64,000 nt of DNA from an uncultured Gemmatimonadales bacterium (lineage in GTDB: Bacteria; Gemmatimonadota; Gemmatimonadetes; Gemmatimonadales; GWC2-71-9): contig CAWFOY010000006.1 of NCBI GenBank assembly GCA_963817575.1, forward strand, positions 46,544 to 110,543, written 5' to 3'. Positions 27,978 to 36,874 of the stretch are shown piece by piece. The number at the start of each line of letters is the position of its first letter. Positions within the stretch are counted from its first letter, which is position 1. A model generated the notes under the pieces. That model made no database searches and was not told where the DNA came from. It saw only the letters and a program-made list of their open reading frames with translations. Position numbers and translations under genes: made by a program.

Positions 27978-28562
27978 ATGCCCGCACCATGGGACCGCCC
28001 GAGCGCAGGCCGCCGCGATTTCCTGCGCGACGCGGTGGGCGACTGGGTCGAGCGCATGCTGGAGCAGACCGAGGAACGGATCATCCAGCAGCGCTATTTT
28101 CGCCCGCCGGGCGCGCTGCCGGAAATGGCCTTCCTCGCCGCGTGCACCCGGTGCGGCAAGTGCGGCGAGGTGTGCCCGCCGCATGCGATCCAGTTCGCGC
28201 CCCCGGGTGGAGGTCTGGCGGCGGGGACGCCCTACTTCGATCCGAAGTTCCAGCCCTGCATCGCCTGTCCCGACATGCCCTGCGTCGCCGCGTGCCCAAC
28301 CGGTGCGCTCACGCCGCCGGCGCACGGATGGGAGGGGTTGCGGCTGGGCGCGCTGGAGCTCGACGCCAATCGCTGCATCACGTTCCACGGCTCGGAATGC
28401 GGCGTCTGTGCGCGCGCGTGTCCGGTCGGCGAGCGCGCGCTGGCGATGGACGAGGCCGGCCACCCGGTGATTCGCATCGAGGGCTGCGTGGGCTGCGGCG
28501 TGTGCGTGCGCGCGTGCGTGACCGCGCCGTCGTCGTTCATTCTCAGACACGTGGAGGCCTGA
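27978..28562 (+). CDS. MauM/NapG-like ferredoxin-type protein (4 Cys clusters) with a Tat-like RRDFL motif
   Basis: SAGRRDFLRDAV, then RPPGALPEMAFLAACTRCGKCGEVCP, CIACPDMPCVAACP, CITFHGSECGVCARACP and CVGCGVCVRAC. Confidence 0.75.
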   Translation: MPAPWDRPSAGRRDFLRDAVGDWVERMLEQTEERIIQQRYFRPPGALPEMAFLAACTRCGKCGEVCPPHAIQFAPPGGGLAAGTPYFDPKFQPCIACPDMPCVAACPTGALTPPAHGWEGLRLGALELDANRCITFHGSECGVCARACPVGERALAMDEAGHPVIRIEGCVGCGVCVRACVTAPSSFILRHVEA

Positions 28563-28912
28563 TGCCGGAGGTGCCGTACCGGGTGGACAAGCCGTGGGGC
28601 TACGAGTTGATCTGGGCCCGCACCGACAGGTATGTGGGCAAGCTGCTCCACCTCAACGCCGGGCACGTGCTGAGCCTGCAGTATCACAACAGGAAGGACG
28701 AGACGATGCACGTCCTCTCCGGCTCGCTGATCCTGCGCACCCGCCCGGGCGACACCCTCGAGGAGCGTCCGTTCCGCGCCGGCGAGTCGGTGCACATCCC
28801 CGCGGGGCTGGTGCATCAGATCGAGGCCGTGGTGGACACGGACGTGCTCGAGGCGTCCACCCCGGAGCTCGATGACCTGGTCCGGCTCTCCGATCGGTAC
28901 GGCCGGGCCTGA
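28562..28912 (+). CDS. cupin-domain protein (mannose-6-phosphate isomerase type II C-terminal-like)
   Basis: MPEVPYRVDKPWGYELIWARTDRYVGKLLHLNAGHVLSLQYHNRKDETMHVLSG. ATGA overlap with the ferredoxin gene. It lies inside the longer track ORF 27989-28912. Confidence 0.75.
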   Translation: MPEVPYRVDKPWGYELIWARTDRYVGKLLHLNAGHVLSLQYHNRKDETMHVLSGSLILRTRPGDTLEERPFRAGESVHIPAGLVHQIEAVVDTDVLEASTPELDDLVRLSDRYGRA

Positions 28913-29889
28913 TGCAGGTCATCATTCCGCTCGCGGGGAAGGGCACCAGGCTCCGCCCGCACACCCATCTGGTGCCGAAGCCGATGCAAAAGGTCGCCGG
29001 GCGCCCCGTGATGGACTGGGTGATGGACCGGCTGGCCGGACTCGACGTCACCGAGCTCATCTTCATCACAGGGCACCTGAAGGAAGCGGTCGAGGCGTAC
29101 GCGACCGGCCGCTACGGCCTGCCGTGCCGGTTCATCGAGCAGGCGGTCCAGGACGGGACGGCGGGGGCGGTGAATCTGGCGCGGCCGCACGTCACCGGGC
29201 CCGTGCTGATCATCTTCGTGGACACGGTCTTCGAGGCGGATCTCACGCTCATCAACCGCGCCGATGCGGACGGGATCATCTGGGCCAAGGAAGTCGAGGA
29301 CTACCAGCGGTTCGGCGTGGTCGTTACCGATGCCGCCGGCTACATGACCCGCATCGTCGAGAAGCCCTCCACGCCGGTCTCGAAGCTCGCCAATATCGGA
29401 CTCTATTACGTGCGCGATGTCGGGGCCCTGTGGGCCGGCATCGACCACGTGCTGGCCCGGCCCACGAACAAAGGCGAGTACTATCTCACCGACGCGTTCC
29501 AGCACATGATCGAGCACGGCCGCCGGATCCTGACCGCCGAGGTCGGCGGCTGGTACGACTGCGGCGCGGTGGGCACCCTGCTCGAGACCAACGCGATCCT
29601 TCTGGCGAAGGGCGCCGCGCGGCGGCGCGACTTCCCCGGCGCGACGGTCGTGGATCCGGTGTACATCGAGGACGGCGTCACGATCGAGCGCAGCACGGTC
29701 GGGCCCAACGTGTCCCTCGAGGCGGGCACGCGCATCGCGGACAGCACCGTGCGCAACGCGATCGTCGGCCGCGACGCGACGCTCACCCGCGTGGACCTCG
29801 ACGGCGCCCTCCTCGGCAATCGCGTGAAGGTCAGCGGCCTCCGCGGCGCGGCGAATCTCGGTGACGACAGCGAGGTCGATGCGCGCTGA
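28912..29889 (+). CDS. sugar-phosphate nucleotidyltransferase with a C-terminal left-handed beta-helix
   Basis: MQVIIPLAGKGTRLRPHTHLVPKPM (G-x-G-T-R-L signature). The C-terminus has hexapeptide-repeat-like sequence. 1-nt overlap with the cupin stop. Confidence 0.8.
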   Translation: MQVIIPLAGKGTRLRPHTHLVPKPMQKVAGRPVMDWVMDRLAGLDVTELIFITGHLKEAVEAYATGRYGLPCRFIEQAVQDGTAGAVNLARPHVTGPVLIIFVDTVFEADLTLINRADADGIIWAKEVEDYQRFGVVVTDAAGYMTRIVEKPSTPVSKLANIGLYYVRDVGALWAGIDHVLARPTNKGEYYLTDAFQHMIEHGRRILTAEVGGWYDCGAVGTLLETNAILLAKGAARRRDFPGATVVDPVYIEDGVTIERSTVGPNVSLEAGTRIADSTVRNAIVGRDATLTRVDLDGALLGNRVKVSGLRGAANLGDDSEVDAR

Positions 29890-29939
29890 TTGCCTGCCGG
29901 CCGCTTGACGGCCCCCGCCACACCGGAGAGACTTCGTTC

Positions 29940-31202
29940 ATGGATCCAAACGCCCTCATCTACGACTGGAACGCGATCGCCGGCGGCTTCAACTACGGCG
30001 CGTCCCGCGTCGTGCTGAACGACGAGACGCTGCGGGACGGGCTGCAGAGCCCGTCGGTAATCGATCCGCCGATGGCGGTGAAGCTGCGGCTGCTGCACCT
30101 GATGGCCGATCTCGGCATCCGGTCCGCGGACATCGGTCTGCCGGGTGCGGGGCCGCGCGCGGTCGAGCAGGTGCGGGCGCTCGCACGCGAGATCGTCGAC
30201 CAGAAGCTCCCCATCGCGATGAACTGCGCGGCGCGGACGGTCATCGCCGACGTCGAGCCGATCGTGCGCGTGTCGGATGAGATCGGCGTGCCGATCGAGG
30301 CGGCGACGTTCATCGGCTCCTCCGGCATCCGCCAGTACACAGAGGACTGGACCCTGGAGCGAATGCTGCGCGTGTCGGAGGAGGCGGTGACGTTCGCGGT
30401 GTCGCACGGCCTCCCGGTCATGTACGTGACCGAGGACACGACCCGCGCCCGCCCGGAGACGCTCAAGGCGCTGTACTCGAACGCCATCAGATGCGGCGCG
30501 CGCCGCATCTGCCTCGCCGACACGGTGGGCTTCGCGACGCCCGCGGGTGTCCGCGCGCTGGTGCGCTTCATCCAGACCGAGGTGGTCGGCCCGTCGGGCG
30601 AGGACGTGATGGTGGACTGGCACGGGCATCGCGACCGCGGCCTCGGCATCGCGAATTGCCTCGCCGCGATCGAGTGCGGCGTGGACCGGGTGCACGGTAC
30701 GGCGCTCGGCATCGGCGAGCGGGTGGGCAACGCCGAGATGGACCTGCTGATCGTGAACCTGTACCTGCTCGGCATCCACACGGGGGACATCTCCAAGCTC
30801 CACGAGTATTGCGCGCTGGTCTCCGAGGCCACCGGCATTCCGGTGCCCGCACAGTATCCCGTGGTCGGGACGGATGCGTTCCGCACTGCCACGGGGGTCC
30901 ACGCGGCGGCGATCATCAAGGCCCGGAAGAAGGGCGACGACTGGCTCGCCGACCGCGTGTACTCGAGCGTGCCGGCCGGCGCGTTCGGCTTCCGGCAGCG
31001 GATCGAGATCTCCCCGGTGTCGGGGCTCTCGAACGTGAAGTGCTGGCTCGAGGAGCACGGCTACGATGCGGACGACCCGGTCGCGTGCGAGGCCCTGTTC
31101 TCCGCCGCCAAGCGAACCGACCGCGTGCTGGTGGACGAGGAGTGCCACCGGCTGGTCGCCGAGGCACGGCAGCGGAGCGTGGCCGATGCCGCCCGTCACT
31201 GA
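29940..31202 (+). CDS. HMGL-like (pyruvate carboxyltransferase) enzyme of the isopropylmalate/homocitrate/citramalate synthase family, lacking a LeuA regulatory domain
   Basis: LNDETLRDGLQSP, DTVGFATP, and HGHRDRGLGIANCLAAIECGVDRVHGT (metal-binding H-x-H). Confidence 0.7.
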   Translation: MDPNALIYDWNAIAGGFNYGASRVVLNDETLRDGLQSPSVIDPPMAVKLRLLHLMADLGIRSADIGLPGAGPRAVEQVRALAREIVDQKLPIAMNCAARTVIADVEPIVRVSDEIGVPIEAATFIGSSGIRQYTEDWTLERMLRVSEEAVTFAVSHGLPVMYVTEDTTRARPETLKALYSNAIRCGARRICLADTVGFATPAGVRALVRFIQTEVVGPSGEDVMVDWHGHRDRGLGIANCLAAIECGVDRVHGTALGIGERVGNAEMDLLIVNLYLLGIHTGDISKLHEYCALVSEATGIPVPAQYPVVGTDAFRTATGVHAAAIIKARKKGDDWLADRVYSSVPAGAFGFRQRIEISPVSGLSNVKCWLEEHGYDADDPVACEALFSAAKRTDRVLVDEECHRLVAEARQRSVADAARH

Positions 31203-32781
31203 CACGCTCTGCCGGTCTTACCTCGACCTTCGCTGGAATTTCGACCCGGTTGCCGGCACCGAAGCCGGCGACCCCGGTGCCGACCAGCGGCTCGGCAGCT
31301 TCGACGAGGAATCGGTCCGCGCGGAGCTGGCCGCATTCCGCGCCATGGCGGGCGCCGTCGAGGACCTCGACGTCACCGACCTGCAGGATGAAATCGACCG
31401 CACCGCCCTCCTCGACGACATCCGCGTCACCATCTTCCGGTTCCAGCACGAGCGGCCGCACGTCCACAACCCGGCCTTCTGGCTGTCACACCTCTTCCGG
31501 GCGCTCCACAGCCTGCTCCAGCGAGCCGATGACCGGCCAGCCGAGCGCGCGGCCGCCGCACTCGCGCGGCTCGGCGCGGCGCCGGCCTTCCTCGAGCAGG
31601 CCGCCAAGACGATCCGCGAGCCGCCCTCCGTGCTGCTCGAGACCGCGATCCAGATGCTCGAGGGCGGGGGGGCGCTGCCGGCCCACACCGCCGCCGAGTT
31701 CGGGCGCCGCGCGCCCGAGCTGGCGCCCGCGCTCGACGCAGCCGCGACGTCGACGGTCACTGCCCTCGGCGCATTCGGCGCCAGACTGCGCGCCCTTCTC
31801 GACGCGCGCCCTGCCGAGCAGTCGTTCAGCGTGGGCGAGGACGAGTTCAATCGCCGGCTCCACTATGAGCACAATCTCCGGGCCACCGCCCCCGAGCTCT
31901 GGCGCTATGGCCTGCACCTGGTGGAAGAGGCCGCGGCGGCCGTGCAGCGCTCGGCCGCGGGGATCGAGCCGGAGCGGCCGTGGGCCGAGGTCGTGCGCCG
32001 GCTTCGCGCGGAGGCGGTTACGGGCGGCGCGACCAGGGCCTTCACCGCCGAGGTGATGCGCGCGCGGACCATCGCGCAGAACGAGGGGATCGTACCCCTG
32101 CCCGAGGGGGAGATCCGGGTCGAGTCGACGCCCGCGTTCCTGCGGCACTTCGTACCGGCCGTCTGGTGTGATCCGCCGGGACCGGAAGAACCCGGCTTGG
32201 CGGGCGTCCTCTACGTGACGGATTCGCCGGGGGCCAACGGCCAGGCGCACGGCCGCCACGAGACGTGGGCGTGGGCCGCGGCGGAGGCGTACCCCGGGTT
32301 CTTCCTGCAGCGGAGGGTGGCGGCCGGTCTCCCGTCGCTGGTGCGGCGCTACCTCTGGACGCCGCTGACGGTGCGGGGCTGGGCGCTGTACGTGGAGGAG
32401 CTGATGGCCGAGGCCGGGCTGGCGCGGACGCCGGCGGAGCGGATGCTGGGAGAGGTCCGGCTGCTTCGGGCCGCCGTGCGCATCATCCTCGACGTGGGGC
32501 TCCACACCCGCGGGATGACGCCCGCCGAAGGGGTGGCGTACGCGATGGAGCACCTCGCAGTGGGCCGGACCGAGGCGGAGGAAATGGTTCGGCGCGCCTG
32601 TGCGCGGCCGACCTACGCGCTGGCCGATGCGGTCGGGCGGCGCGAGCTCCTGGCACTCAGGAACGACTGGCGGAAGCAGGCGGGCGGGGAGGCCACATTG
32701 CGCGACTTCCACGACGCGGTGCTTGCCTATGGCGGGCTGCCGGTCGCGCTGATTCGCTGGGGAATGGGACTGGACGAGTGA
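31186..32781 (+). CDS. DUF885-family protein
   Basis: ATG at 31186 overlaps the end of the upstream gene. The central EAYPGFFLQ resembles the conserved EAxPGHH(l)Q of DUF885. The track ORF begins at 31066. Confidence 0.55.
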   Translation: MPPVTDTLCRSYLDLRWNFDPVAGTEAGDPGADQRLGSFDEESVRAELAAFRAMAGAVEDLDVTDLQDEIDRTALLDDIRVTIFRFQHERPHVHNPAFWLSHLFRALHSLLQRADDRPAERAAAALARLGAAPAFLEQAAKTIREPPSVLLETAIQMLEGGGALPAHTAAEFGRRAPELAPALDAAATSTVTALGAFGARLRALLDARPAEQSFSVGEDEFNRRLHYEHNLRATAPELWRYGLHLVEEAAAAVQRSAAGIEPERPWAEVVRRLRAEAVTGGATRAFTAEVMRARTIAQNEGIVPLPEGEIRVESTPAFLRHFVPAVWCDPPGPEEPGLAGVLYVTDSPGANGQAHGRHETWAWAAAEAYPGFFLQRRVAAGLPSLVRRYLWTPLTVRGWALYVEELMAEAGLARTPAERMLGEVRLLRAAVRIILDVGLHTRGMTPAEGVAYAMEHLAVGRTEAEEMVRRACARPTYALADAVGRRELLALRNDWRKQAGGEATLRDFHDAVLAYGGLPVALIRWGMGLDE

Positions 32782-32800
32782 CCCGAGGGGGAGGCGCCTG

Positions 32801-33817
32801 GTGAAGATCACGGTCCTGACGTATCTCGAGAGCAGCGACGAGCGATCCACGGAGTACGACATCGTGGTCCGCCAGGTGACCCGCGCGCTCCGGCGCCAGG
32901 GCCACCAGGTCTCCGTGCTCGGCGTGCACTCGGACGTGAAGCGGCTCGTGGCCGGCCTCTCGCGGCGGAAGCCCGACCTCATCTTCAACCTTGTCGAGAT
33001 GTTCGCCGAGAACATCTTTGGGGACATGGCGATGGAGGGGTTCCTCGACCTGCTGGGGCTCAAATACACCGGCGTGGGCCCCGGCGAATCCTACCTCACC
33101 CAGGACAAGGCGCTCTCCAAGAAGCTCCTCGCATTCCACGGCATCCTGTATCCGCGCTTCGCGGTCTTCGCCCGGGACGCCGATTTCGAGACCGGCGGCA
33201 ATCTCCGCATGCCGCTCTTCGTCAAGCCGCTCCGGGCCGACGCCTCGATCGGCATTCACAAGAAGTCGCTGGTGAACGACATGAAGTCGCTGATGCGCCG
33301 TGTTGCCGCAATCCACGACGAGCTCGGCGATTCGGCGCTCGCGGAGGAGTTCATCGAGGGGCGGGAGTTCTATGTGGGCGTGCTGGGCAATTCCGACCCG
33401 ATGGCGCTGCCGCCGATTGAGCTGGACTTCTCGGGCCTGCCGGAAGGGGCGCCCCACGTGATGGACAGCAAGGCCAAGTGGGATGATGAGAGCGTCGAGT
33501 ACAAGGGGACGAAGTCGGTGCTGGCGGACCTGCCAGACGAACTCCGGGCCCGGCTGCAGAAGGTTTCGGTGGATGCGTATCGCGCCCTCCGCGTGCGCGA
33601 CTACGGCCGCGTCGATCTCCGGCTCACCGATACCGGCGACATCTACGTGCTTGAGGTGAACGCGAGCTGCTACCTCGCAAAGGACAGCGAATTCGCGATG
33701 GCCGCGGGGGCCGCGGGGATCCCGTACCCCGCGCTCATCCAGCGGATCGTGGACCTGGCGATGGAGCGGTACCGGAAGTCGACGGGGCAGCGCGTGCGGC
33801 CGGCGGTGATCGCCTAG
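32801..33817 (+). CDS. ATP-grasp enzyme, D-alanine--D-alanine ligase family
   Basis: GTG start. It has PDLIFNLVE..., KALSKKLLAFHGI, PLFVKPLRADASIGI, FIEGREFYVGVLG and DYGRVDLRL...YVLEVNA. Confidence 0.75.
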   Translation: MKITVLTYLESSDERSTEYDIVVRQVTRALRRQGHQVSVLGVHSDVKRLVAGLSRRKPDLIFNLVEMFAENIFGDMAMEGFLDLLGLKYTGVGPGESYLTQDKALSKKLLAFHGILYPRFAVFARDADFETGGNLRMPLFVKPLRADASIGIHKKSLVNDMKSLMRRVAAIHDELGDSALAEEFIEGREFYVGVLGNSDPMALPPIELDFSGLPEGAPHVMDSKAKWDDESVEYKGTKSVLADLPDELRARLQKVSVDAYRALRVRDYGRVDLRLTDTGDIYVLEVNASCYLAKDSEFAMAAGAAGIPYPALIQRIVDLAMERYRKSTGQRVRPAVIA

Positions 33818-33822
33818 GCGGG

Positions 33823-34860
33823 TCAGGCCAGATATGTCCCGGAGTGGACGTAATTCATGGCGAGGGCGGTGACCAGCGTGGTAAGTGCCACCGTCACCGC
33901 GGCCTCGTCGGCCTCGGGGTAGGACAGCCCGAGCGCAGCGGCGCGGCGGGCAAGGTGCTGCACCAGGATGCGGGTCCGCTCGGGGAAGTGTCCCGTCCAG
34001 CGGTACACGTTCCCGAGCAGGTCGCCTTCGAGACGGGCGATGAGGTGCGCGGCCGGGCGAAGGGCCGGGGGCTCGTCGGTCTCCCTCGAGACGACGCCCG
34101 CGAACACCGCCTGCAGGGCCGCGTCGAGATTGACGGCCAACCCCTGCTCGCTCCCGCTCAGGTCGCGATAGAACTGCTCGACCGAGTAGTCGAGCTCCTC
34201 CACATCCTCATCGAGCTCGACATCCAGCACGGCCGGGTCGCGGCCCAGGAGCTCCCGCACCGCCCGGTCGCAGAATTCCAGCTTGGCCAGGGCCTCCGGC
34301 CAGTGCTCGTACTCCGCGCGCCAGTCGGTGCCCGGCGTCAGCCACACCGCGAAGGTCTCCGCCCAGTCCTCGTCCGGGTGCTTCTGGGCGTACCAGCCCG
34401 GCAGGTGGCGCACGAACTTCCTGCTGAACGGGCGCGGGCGGTAGTCGTCCTCGTAGGGCTGGTGGATGGGGCCAAACAGGCGCGCCCACTCCGGATCGTC
34501 GTAGAGCCGGTAGGCGTAATTCACGACGTGGCCCATCTCGTGGCGCAGGTACCGAAGGATGTCGGCGCGGTCGATCCCCTCGACGTGGCCGATCCGTGCG
34601 GCGTGCATCGCCGTCAGCTCCTGCCGGGCCAGGTAGAACGGAATGGCGATGGCCACGGTCGCGAAGGGGACGCCCCACTCGGTGGAGAGGTAGAACCGCG
34701 GGCGCAGCCGGGCGAACCCGGCCGCCTCCAGCTCCTGCTGGAAGTCGGCCAGGATCGGCTCGAGGCGGGTGCCCGAGATCGTGAGGCCGAGGTCGCGGAT
34801 CGGGGTGGACCATAGTGTGGCCTCCCGGAACCCGTGCTCCTCGGTGAGCGGGGTGGTCAT
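33823..34860 (-). CDS. putative zinc-binding metallopeptidase (HExxH)
   Basis: ATG at 34860 (MTTPLTEEHGF...). The motif is LRHEMGHVVNY. It resembles the Peptidase_Mx-type family. The track ORF extends to 35067. Confidence 0.5.
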   Translation of the reverse strand: MTTPLTEEHGFREATLWSTPIRDLGLTISGTRLEPILADFQQELEAAGFARLRPRFYLSTEWGVPFATVAIAIPFYLARQELTAMHAARIGHVEGIDRADILRYLRHEMGHVVNYAYRLYDDPEWARLFGPIHQPYEDDYRPRPFSRKFVRHLPGWYAQKHPDEDWAETFAVWLTPGTDWRAEYEHWPEALAKLEFCDRAVRELLGRDPAVLDVELDEDVEELDYSVEQFYRDLSGSEQGLAVNLDAALQAVFAGVVSRETDEPPALRPAAHLIARLEGDLLGNVYRWTGHFPERTRILVQHLARRAAALGLSYPEADEAAVTVALTTLVTALAMNYVHSGTYLA

Positions 34861-34981
34861 AAGGGGGGAAAGGTAGCGGGTCCCCCCGGGCCGGCCAGCG
34901 CGCGCATCCGCGCGGGCGGCGGGATCGTTGCTCACAAATCTGCCGCGCGCGATCACAAATCTGCTAACCCGAATCCCCGGA

Positions 34982-36193
34982 ATGACTTCGAGCCCTGCCA
35001 CCGACGCCAGGCCCGCCGACCGGCTCCCTCCCGCCGTGAAGGGGCTCTCGCTCGTCTCGCTGTTCAACGATTTCGCGAGCGAGATGGTCTATCCCCTGCT
35101 CCCGGCCTTCGTGACCGGCCCGCTCGGCGCGGGGGCCGCCGTCCTCGGGGCGCTCGATGGGGCCGCGGACCTCGCCTCCGCCGCGGTCAAGGCGGTGAGC
35201 GGACGCTGGGCCGACCGGCGCGGCTGGCGGAAGCCGCTCGTGCTCGGGGGATATGCGATCGCGGTGCTGATCCGGCCGGTCATCGCGCTGGCCTCGAGCG
35301 GGGCGCAGGTCGTCGGCTTCCGCGTGCTGGACCGCGTAGGGAAAGGACTTCGCACCCCGGCACGGGATGCGATGATCGCCGACCTCACTCCGCCACCGCT
35401 CGTCGGCCGGGCGTTCGGCTTTCATCGTGGCGCCGACCACTTCGGCGCTGTGCTCGGCTCGCTCACCGCCTGGGCGCTGCTCACGCACGCCGTGGACGTG
35501 CGGCAGGCCATCGCGTGGAGCTGGCTCCCCGGCCTCCTGGTCTTCCTGGTGCTGCTCGCGGTGCTGCGTGGCGTGCGGGAGGATCCGGCCAGAGCGCTAT
35601 CCGAAAAGTCACCGCGGGACGCCACCGGCCGCGTGTTCTGGGTGCCGGTGATCGCCCTCGCGGCGCTCACGATCGCCCGCGTGCCCGAGGCCCTCCTCCT
35701 CCTGCGGCTCCAGGACCTGGGGCTCCCCATCGCGACGATCCCGCTCGTCTGGGCCGCCCTCCACGTGGTGCGGAGCGCGGGCTCGTATCCGGGCGGCTGG
35801 CTCAGCGATCGGCTGGGCACGAGGCTGACGGTAACTGTCGGCGGGCTACTCTTCGGGGCGGTGACGTACGTGCTGGGCGGGAGGCTTGTCGCCGGCGCGG
35901 CGGCGGCCGTGTTCCTGTTCTTCGGGCTCGTGTCGGGGTTGCTGGAGCCGGCGGAACGCGCACTCGTGGCGCAGCTCGCGCCGGTGCGGACCGGCCGGGG
36001 ATTCGGCGCCTACCACGCGGTGACCGGCCTCGCGGCGCTCCCGGCGGGGATCGGGTTCGGCTGGCTCTACCAGGCCTCGGGAGGCGGCACCGCGCTCCGT
36101 ACCAGCGCCGCGCTCGTGGTCCTCACATCGCTGGCGTGGGCCGTGCTCCGCGCTCCCGGTCAGCCACCTCCACCACGCCACCCGACACGATGA
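34982..36193 (+). CDS. MFS transporter
   Basis: LSLVSLFNDFASEMVYPLLPAFV with about 12 hydrophobic segments. ATG at 34982 is preferred over 34928. The 3' end overlaps the convergent DUF502 gene by 71 nt. Confidence 0.75.
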   Translation: MTSSPATDARPADRLPPAVKGLSLVSLFNDFASEMVYPLLPAFVTGPLGAGAAVLGALDGAADLASAAVKAVSGRWADRRGWRKPLVLGGYAIAVLIRPVIALASSGAQVVGFRVLDRVGKGLRTPARDAMIADLTPPPLVGRAFGFHRGADHFGAVLGSLTAWALLTHAVDVRQAIAWSWLPGLLVFLVLLAVLRGVREDPARALSEKSPRDATGRVFWVPVIALAALTIARVPEALLLLRLQDLGLPIATIPLVWAALHVVRSAGSYPGGWLSDRLGTRLTVTVGGLLFGAVTYVLGGRLVAGAAAAVFLFFGLVSGLLEPAERALVAQLAPVRTGRGFGAYHAVTGLAALPAGIGFGWLYQASGGGTALRTSAALVVLTSLAWAVLRAPGQPPPPRHPTR

Positions 36194-36704
36194 AGGCCAT
36201 CACGTCGGAGCTGAGGGCCATCACCGGGGTCACCTGCCCAGCGGGGAACAGCAGGAGCTGTCCTGCGAAGTTGTAGGACTGCGGCAGGTACACCGCCACC
36301 ATCCCACCCAATCCGAGCCGCTGCAGCGATTCCTGGGTCAGGAATCCGAGCGCGCGCGCGTGCCCGTCGGCCGTGAGGGTCACCATCACCGGCTTGTCGA
36401 ACCGGCGCCGCTCTCCCACGAACGCCCCGAGCACGTCCTTGAGCGCGGTGTACAGGTAGCGTACGAACGGCAGCCGTCCCATCGCCTCCTCGACGAAGCT
36501 GAACACCGTCTTCCAGAGGAACGTGGATGCGAGGTAGCCGACCAGCGTGATGATGGCGACGGTGGCGATGAAGCCGGTGCCGGGGATCGGCAGGTTGAGC
36601 CAGCTGTCCACCGCCCGGAACACGCGATAGCAGACGTACAGCGTCAGGGCGATCGGGGCGGAGAAGAGGAGCCCGTTCAGGAAGTAGCCGAGGAACCGTT
36701 TCAT
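36123..36704 (-). CDS. DUF502-family membrane protein
   Basis: MKRFLGYFLNGLLFSAPIALTLYVCYRVF...LPIPGTGFIATVAIITLVGYL is typical of DUF502. The start overlaps the ybdD stop (TGATG). Confidence 0.65.
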   Translation of the reverse strand: MKRFLGYFLNGLLFSAPIALTLYVCYRVFRAVDSWLNLPIPGTGFIATVAIITLVGYLASTFLWKTVFSFVEEAMGRLPFVRYLYTALKDVLGAFVGERRRFDKPVMVTLTADGHARALGFLTQESLQRLGLGGMVAVYLPQSYNFAGQLLLFPAGQVTPVMALSSDVMAFIVSGGVVEVADRERGARPTPAM

Positions 36705-36874
36705 CAGCAGCACCGGGTGGGGCCGTCGCCGTAGCGGGCGGCCAGGTAATCCGCGAAGAACTCGCGCTCGGAGGGAATGGGGCGCTCGGGGTGGCAGCGG
36801 CGCAGGTGATCGACATAGCCGGCGTAGTTCGGCATGCCGGCCACGCGCCGGATGAGCTCGAGGAGCCGGCTCAT
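36704..36874 (-). CDS. ybdD: YbdD/YjiX-family small protein (DUF466), not present in the supplied ORF track
   Basis: My own translation of the minus strand gives MSRLLELIRRVAGMPNYAGYVDHLRRCHPERPIPSEREFFADYLAARYGDGPTRCC-stop (56 aa). ATGA overlap with the cstA stop. This is the canonical cstA-ybdD pairing. Confidence 0.85.
   Translation of the reverse strand: MSRLLELIRRVAGMPNYAGYVDHLRRCHPERPIPSEREFFADYLAARYGDGPTRCC

Noticed and set aside
36123-36193. The 71-nt convergent overlap of the MFS and DUF502 genes as evidence of a mis-called gene.
   Set aside because: Both frames stay open to their stops, and both proteins have family-typical sequence up to near the C-terminus. The overlap is accepted as real or as unresolvable without transcript data.
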